Shown: one piece after another, positions 56,701 to 64,000 of the stretch | Layout: every line of letters begins with the position of its first letter | How positions within the stretch are numbered: position 1 is the first letter of the stretch | Source of the DNA: Chrysomallon squamiferum | Taxonomy: Eukaryota; Animalia; Mollusca | Direction of reading: 5' to 3' | Length of the DNA stretch: 64,000 bases | NCBI GenBank assembly: GCA_012295275.1 | Contig: CM022679.1 | Coordinates: forward strand, 1,550,001-1,614,000 | Translations under genes and position numbers: made by a program | The notes under the pieces: generated by a model | Database searches by the model: none | What the model was told of the DNA's origin: nothing | What the model saw: the letters and a program-made list of their open reading frames with translations, nothing else

Positions 56701-57259
56701 CACCTAATAATAGTAACAAAAACAAAACGAAAAAGAACATCATCATAATTTCATAATTATTGATGAAGCAGCAACTGTAGTAGTAGCAGTGGTAGCACTA
56801 ATTGAAGTAGTAGTAATAGCAGTACCAGTATTAATTGTTCTAGTAATAGTAGTAATTGTATTAATAGTAGCTGATTTCTGTGATCACTCACTGGTGTAAA
56901 TAGTAATGCTTTTTAAAATTGTTATTGATTTACAAAAACATTATCTCCCTTGAGCTAAAAACAATTAATAATAATAATAATAAATATGTTACTGAAAAAG
57001 CAGTGTACCGTAAAGGCATTGTCATGGTTCAGATTATAGGCCTAGTGAACGTAGACAAATCTTTGACATTTTATATTTACATAGCAAAACAACAGCACAA
57101 TATTCAGAACAACTTGTGCAAACAAGGCATACATAAAATCTACAAGATTACGAAAATAACTGACTGCTAAATTTCAGCTGTCAAACGTTTTTGATTTTTA
57201 TTTTTTATTATTTCTTTTTTTATGTTTTTTCAAAATTTATATTTATAAAGACGGAATAA

Positions 57260-57490
57260 ATTTTATTTATTTATTTATTTAATGACAAAGAACACTGATT
57301 TACAGATTTGTTGCATTTGATATTATTTTTAAAAAAAGAAGAAATAAAAGTTGCAAAATGAGAGGAAACCAGTTGACATTTCATGGGCTACTCTTTCCCA
57401 TTAGCAGCAAGCAGTCTTTTAATGCACCCACCCATAAATTAGTACATATCACCTTAGTTGTATCAGTTGCAGAGTACAGGCTGGAAACAA
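57260..57490 (+). mobile_element. Decayed SINE-like interspersed repeat
   Basis: gagaggaaacc...catgggctactctttcccattagcagcaag...cttttaatgcacc resembles the core of an abundant gastropod SINE-type repeat (recognised from memory). Fainter relics may lie near 2490, 15600 and 17670. Confidence 0.6.
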
Positions 57491-59901
57491 TTTTTTTTTA
57501 AAAAGCTTGAGTATTTACCAAAAACTATTGAAACTTTATGACAGATTCTCATCAAAGTCATATTTGTAACATGAATTATCACAGTACTCCTGTTACACTA
57601 TTTCAAGTCAATTCCTTATTTCCCATTCTAGAAAATATCTCGACAGCTGGTTTTTCAAATGCTGTCCTGTGAAATATCTATAAAAAAGATTCTTCCTGCT
57701 AACAAAAAAAAGAACAATTCATGCAAAATGTTTCCTTTCTGTGAATGTAAATATTAATGATTATATTAAAAATATTCTGAGTAGTCCCAGACAAAAATGG
57801 TATGTAAATACACAAACACATATTTATGAAATATTTAGAACACAGTTAACAGTGTATTTTATATTTTATTATGCTTTTTATCACATGCTTGGTAGAAATC
57901 AATGAAAAATATTGAAATTCATATTAATTATAATGCATTTCAAAATAGAAATTAAATATTACTATGTGATTATGATTTTTAAAAATGTATTAAAATATCT
58001 TTTAAAAAAATTAAATAAAACAAAGCATAATGTAAGATTAAAAATCAATAAATTAATAAATGGTGTATTAAAAAGTATATAAAATTTATACAATAAAAAT
58101 ACTTTTTTGTTCAACTGATGTTTCATCAGATATTTTCATTAGCATGAAAGAAATTTACTTGTTTTAGGATAAACCAAAATCTCTGTGTGTTTGTTTCTGA
58201 TATGTATATGCATGTACTGAGTGTACAGAATGTGTGTATGTGTTTGTGTGTCTGTCTGATATAATTAAAAGTTGATAAGCAAGGTAAGTTATGGTGTTAA
58301 CACAATGTGTGTATTCATAATTAATGTAAAAACCATTTTATAAAAAGAAAAAAAGGGTTCAAGTTGTTTTTTAAAAGTGATAAAATACTGAATACATAAA
58401 TTTATAATAACCAAATAAAACTGCCTTTGACTTCTTCCTTTTTGGAAAATAAAATAAGTAATTAATAATAACAACAAGAAAGTTTGTGCAAAATTCATTT
58501 TGAGGCATGCTGTAATAACAGTTTCTTATGACTACTAATAATAATGAATAAATAAAAAATATTTTAATTACTAAAAATAAAACATTTGATTGAAAGACAT
58601 ATTTCTCTTTCGCTGTCTCTATAACATATATGTAAATATATATTCATAAACTAATAACATTAATAATGGAATAAAAAACGAGCATCTTTTTCTTTCCACC
58701 TTTTAAAGTCTGCTTTTCAAGGAATACAAAGATTATTTTGGAATGTGAAACAAAGAGAAAACAAATATTGTAAATATTGGGTAGGTCATTTTGTGAAATA
58801 ACAAAGTGCCATTTTTCTATAACATTTATATCAAATAACTATTCTAAGAAAAAGGCAAAGTACAATTAATACAGAGTTACATTTATTTAAAATGTGAATA
58901 TAAAAAGAAATTTTTTATGGTAATCTCAAGTGTTAAAATTTATTTAAAAATTAACAGGAATGGTAATGTAAATCAGATAGAAAGTGAAAAAGAGAGAGGA
59001 AAAATAAAAAATAAAAAATGTCCGAAAAGGGAAAAAATAAAATATATATATATCCATAGGAAGATCTGATTCTTGAAAGATTTTTATAAAAAATTTTTTA
59101 ACTGAAATTAAGAACAATTCTCATGATTTTATAACATTATATTAATAATAAGTAAATAAATAAATAAATAATAATAAAATAAAATTAAGAAATGATATTT
59201 GTACTAAAATCTACCTGTGTGAGTAAAAATGCTATGGAAGACGACTAAAATATTTTTGATATCACTGAGTGAATACAAAATGGATACCAAATGTCACAGT
59301 CACACTTGTCACATATGAAACAATATTTACAACACTCTTCATTTTCTCTACTGTGCAATATATCCCAAATAGTTATTTTACTGAACAGTAATTCCCATTT
59401 TCTGTACAGTGGAATATATCTGATTTGTTTTTCGATGAACAATATTTGCCATTTTCTCTACTGTGCAATGTATCCCATTTATTTTTCACTAATTAATATT
59501 TCCCATTTTCTGTACTTTAAGAATTCAGATTTTCTTTATTAGACAATATTTCCAATTTTATTCATACTGTACAGAATATCAAAAAAACTTTCTCTAACGT
59601 ATAAACATCCTGTTTTTTCTGTATTGTACAATGTGTCTCTGTTTTGAATTTTTTTTCAAGTTTTACTGTGAATACATCTACTTCTTTTGGATAATATATT
59701 TATTTATTTTCTGCACAGTATAAATACATTAATCTCTTTTTTCTTAACAATACATTAAAACATCTTCACCGTTGTTTTGTACTGTACAGCACATAAACAG
59801 TTCTGGAAATCATCGTCTTTTCTTTGATGTACAAGAGATGTCAAAACATCAGATAGCTGCTCTCTTTTGCTCAAATTGTTATTGATGTCCAAGACCAAGC
59901 T

Positions 59902-60097
59902 TCACTGCCAAACCTGAAATTAGAAAATTAAAATTGTTTTTGAGTCCCATAATTAATAAATCAATCAATCAACCAATCTCTTTGTTTCTCTCTCTAGCCC
60001 TCTCTTTCTGCTACTCTCCTTATCTCCCCCTCCCCCTCTCCCTCCACTTCTGTATGTTTTTCTTGTCTAATTCTCTCTCATGATTTTGGTTACATAT

Positions 60098-60128
<31 letters not shown>

Positions 60129-60779
60129 CAGTTCTGTGAAATGTCATTTCTAAGTGAATTCAACTGATCTACATGCGACTGTAATACGTTTAACAACTGA
60201 TCAATGCTTCCACCAAACACACAGCACTTTCAATTTGTCTGTCTGTCAGCTAAAATAAAAAAAAACAGTCCACAATTCACAACCTGTCTTGTGCATTTTT
60301 GAAACATTGAAAACACTTTATTCTACATCCTCACATTTTTGTAAAGATGAATGTTTTGTAAGATAACATGATAAAGTTGATAATTCATGAAAAAACAAAC
60401 GTTTTACAAGATAATTCATGAAAAGACAACTATTCTGAAAGATAATTCATGAAAAGATAAATGTTTTGTATGTAATTCATGAAAAGACAAATGTTTTGTA
60501 TGTAATTCATGGAAGGATAAATGTTTTGTATGTAATTCATGAAAAGATAAATGTTTTGTATGTAATTCATGAAAAGACAAATGTTTTGTATGTAATTCAT
60601 GAAAAGACAAATGTTTTGTAAGATAATTCATGAAAAGACAAATGTTCACTGATACTAACCTTGACCTGACTATCTACGGCACCTGAGAATATTCTGCCGC
60701 GGGACACTGTGAGACATGCCACGCTGCCCTGATGCCGCACGAGAGTCTGCGTACAAATCATGTTGTCCATGCTCCAGAT
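59902..60779 (-). CDS. TRAF7: E3 ubiquitin-protein ligase TRAF7, last two coding exons (final WD40 repeat); the rest of the gene lies beyond the window
   Basis: Exon 60660-60779 encodes [40 protein letters not shown] and exon 59902-59913 encodes VWQ*. This is near-identical to the TRAF7 C-terminus as I recall it ([19 protein letters not shown]...GRLFSGAVDSTVKVW). Splice sites are canonical. Confidence 0.95.
60355..60648. repeat. 30-bp minisatellite (~9 copies, TAATTCATGAAAAGAYAAATGTTTTGTATG) next to a TRAF7 donor site
   Basis: Directly visible; it produces the spurious [13 protein letters not shown]. Confidence 0.92.
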
Positions 60780-61158
60780 CTAATGAAAAATAAAATAAAA
60801 TAAAATAATTAATTATCATTCTCAGTAAAGATTTAAACATTTAAAAGAATAATAAAAACACATTTTTTAACTATCTGACTGTTTTTTATCACTTTTTAGC
60901 ATGTTCTTCTCAAATGAAGACAAAGAGGATCACGTATTTTCAATGTTTAGATGAACTGAAAGTCATATCTCTGTTGAATACCAATGATCTATTTCTACGC
61001 TGTATGGATAAATCAATATTTAAAGAAAACTGGAGAAAAGAAAAGATGCGAAACTGTGAACATATTCTTTTTAAAACTGATTTTTGATTTTTGTTTCTTC
61101 TCTTTATTATACGATAAATACATATATTGCTTTTCTCTGTTACATTAACCATTTATTT

Positions 61159-61195
<37 letters not shown>

Positions 61196-62082
61196 TCTAT
61201 TTATTATATTTGGTTTTGTTTTTACTTATTATTATTTTTTATTTATGTGCCAGTGTCATGTTTGATATGAACTTATTTTCTTCAGTGAAATCCTAATTAA
61301 TATTCAGCAAATGTTTCCTTTCTCCTTTCTATACATCCTTATTAAATAACAAAATCATGTAAAATAAATAAATGAGTAAATAAATAAATTAAAATGTTAT
61401 GATCGCTAGTTTTTTTCCTCCTTCTTTAAAAAAAAGAAAGAAAATAACAAAAATTAGAAAATAAGAAAATACAAATCTTCAGTCTTAATTTTCCATTGTT
61501 CTGTCCACACTTATGTCAGTGGTACAGACAGACAGACACAATCAGCAGCATTAGCTGAACAATAAGTTGTTTTTCTTAGAACGGAGAGGAAACGAACAGC
61601 TAATGATGCGACTTGTGCGACAGGTAAAACACACCTGATCAGATGAATGAGAGCTGATAATGACATGCCAGTCTTTACACATCTGTCAACTGCTGTGTAC
61701 AAACTGCCACCATTCACTTACAAACTGACAGTGAGCATCTAGTGTAATTGTCAGTTATTTAGTTGTTTATATGCTTTGGATGAGAACATGGCTATGTGTA
61801 TGTTTGTTTGTGAGTTTGCTTATATAGGTACATACATACATATATACATATTACATATTAGATAGAAATATTTACACATACCTATTACATACATATATTC
61901 ACACATACATATTACATACATACATATACATATTACACACATTTTTATAGTATTTACACACACATACACATATACACACATACATATATTACACATACAT
62001 ACATCAGGCCTTGAAATTAACAGAAACAAGTAGCTAAAATGTTCCTCTTTTGCCACCAAAATGTTTTAATATAACTATCAAT

Positions 62083-62345
62083 GTTACCAGCACATTCAAA
62101 TTAACTTTACCACCATATTTACTTTCAAGTAAGCAATATTTTCAAATTATCAACACATTCAAATTCATATTACCAACACATTCAGATTAATGTTACCAAC
62201 GCATTCAGATTAATATTACCAACACATTCAAATTCAAATTCATGATACCAATACATTCAGATTCATGATACCAACACATTCATATTCATGTTGCCAATAC
62301 ATTCAAATTCATATTACCAACACATTCAAATTAATATTACCAACA
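62083..62345. repeat. ~23-bp degenerate minisatellite (TACCAACACATTCARATTMATRT)
   Basis: About 10-11 visible copies. Confidence 0.85.
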
Positions 62346-62872
62346 GAAATGAATTTATGTTTTCAGGACTTTCTGTCTACCAGTATCTATAACAATGCCT
62401 GTTGTTAACATGTATTAACCATGCTTAAAACATATATTTACATCAAACTAATCAGAGTCTATCTGATTTCCCTACAACAATACTAACCACTGATATCTTC
62501 CTTCAAAGACAGCCCTGTGAAGCCAAATTTATTAAATTTAACTATTTCAGTCAAAAAACAAACAAACAAATAAAAAAAAAAATTTTAATTAAAAAAAAAA
62601 ATGAAATAAATAAAACAACTTTTTTTTTTTTTTTTTTTTTGCTAAGTAACATCTGATTTGTACTAATCTTTGATTTGATGCGCTAGTGTTTTACAAGGAT
62701 GGGCAAAAAAACAACTTGTATATATATGGAATCTGTTAGTGCCTGTGGCAGGAACTCTGACTAATACTAGATAATGGTAATGTCTTCACACTCTCTCCTC
62801 ATTGATTGCTACCCACACCAAGTGTGATTGGAGGCTGCTGGCTAGGACTGGAAGTGGGTGAAAGTGAGCAGG

Positions 62873-62882
62873 TATTTAAAAG
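62873..62882 (+). promoter_or_regulatory. TATA-like box of the putative nested gene
   Basis: TATTTAAAAG starts 65 bp upstream of the ATG at 62938, within a unique-sequence block. Confidence 0.4.
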
Positions 62883-62937
62883 GACACTGCACATTCAAGT
62901 GACACTCTGATACCAGCAGGAGGTGTATTACTCAAAC

Positions 62938-63146
62938 ATGAAAGTTCTGCTAGGATTCATGTTGCTGTCTGCCTGTCTGTGTGTACAGGGTAAGTGTTTG
63001 CTTTATTAGTTATTTATTTATTTATTTATTTATTATCACTACATACGTATCATGTTATAAAATCAGAGAAAAAGATATTTGTTGTTGTGGTGTCTGATGT
63101 TGCTGTTTTTATTACTATTATTAATATTATTACTACTACTACTGCA

Positions 63147-63190
<44 letters not shown>

Positions 63191-64000
63191 GATTATGATT
63201 ATTATTATTATTAATTGTAAAGAAATGTTGTCTTTAATTATATATATTATCATAATTTTGAAGTATCTGAATAGTTTTTAAAACAATAACAAAATAATAA
63301 TTAAATAAAATATATTTATCATAAACTACCTCTTACACTATCAATATTTAAGAACAGCTAACATGTTATTTAGTTTAATTATTTTCACATACAGACTACA
63401 TTGAACTATTTATTTTCTATAATAACATCAACAGTAATAATTACAAATCAATATTTCCCAAGCCTTTCTTGAACAACAATAAGATATATAAATTCTTAAA
63501 AATAATTTTTATAATAAATATATAAATTAAAAAAATTAAAAAAATTAAAAAAATAAATAAATAAAACAAAACAGAACAAAAAGAAATCTAAATAAATAAA
63601 TAAAATAACTAAACAGAACAAAAAGAAACCTATATAAATAGTAAAATATAAATATAATGATTATACCAAATGACAAGCAATAAGTATGTGTAAAAATTAT
63701 GATTTTTATTTTTTTCTAGAACGGTTCAGTTATTTAATAATTAGTTTAAATATATCCTTTTTAAAGTTATTAATATTTGTAAACCATTTTTACACTTTTG
63801 CAAACTGTTCAATCATCTGTGCAAGAATTTTTTATTTTTTTTTTTATTTTTTTTTTTTAACCAAATGTACAAGTTTAAATTATTTTCTGTATAGCTTACT
63901 TGCTAAGAGGTTTCCAATTCCAGCAGATCACACATCAGAAGCTGATAGCAGATTAATCAGGTTTGTTACAGAGTCAGGAGAAGTTACACTTGGGGATTTA
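62938..64000 (+). CDS. Putative secreted protein (signal-peptide exon plus start of exon 2), nested antisense in a TRAF7 intron; 3' partial
   Basis: Exon 62938-62989: caaacATG, MKVLLGFMLLSACLCVQ, then phase-1 donor G|GTAAGT. Acceptor ttccaattccag|CAG at 63923/63924 (NAGNAG) continues in phase as (A)DHTSEADSRLIRFVTESGEVTLGDL, open to the window end. A TATA-like TATTTAAAAG lies at 62873-62882. Confidence 0.65.

Noticed and set aside
61511-61717. Minus-strand 68-aa ORF as a possible upstream TRAF7 exon
   Set aside because: No WD40 or TRAF7-like sequence (the expected ...SASYDRSLR is absent).

Overview
Eukaryotic (animal) genomic DNA: very AT-rich and dense in microsatellites and minisatellites, with GT-AG spliced genes. 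Gene content and repeat relics suggest an invertebrate, probably a mollusc (inference). Most of the supplied ORFs are microsatellite artefacts. I reconstructed the genes by hand from splice sites and reading phase. (1) First coding exon of a rhodopsin-class neuropeptide GPCR (-, 9062-9437); its remaining exons are not in the window. (2) An orphan terminal exon resembling a claudin/PMP22-type tetraspan protein (-, 22592-22886). (3) A complete 10-exon RRS1 (-, 29568-35428, 357 aa). (4) PDXDC1, head-to-head with RRS1, with 22 or 23 exons (+, 35940-50301/51045). (5) The last two coding exons of TRAF7 (-, 59902-60779). (6) A probable unannotated secreted-protein gene nested antisense in a TRAF7 intron (+, 62938 to the window end). 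Main points of interest are the nested gene, a U12-type minor intron in PDXDC1, apparent retention of the PLP Schiff-base lysine in this PDXDC1, a reading-frame break at an A_AAA_AAG heptamer near its C-terminus, tandem amplification of real splice acceptors, several inverted repeats and hairpins, and a promoter-like CpG island at 56 kb. No CRISPR array, rRNA or tRNA was recognised.
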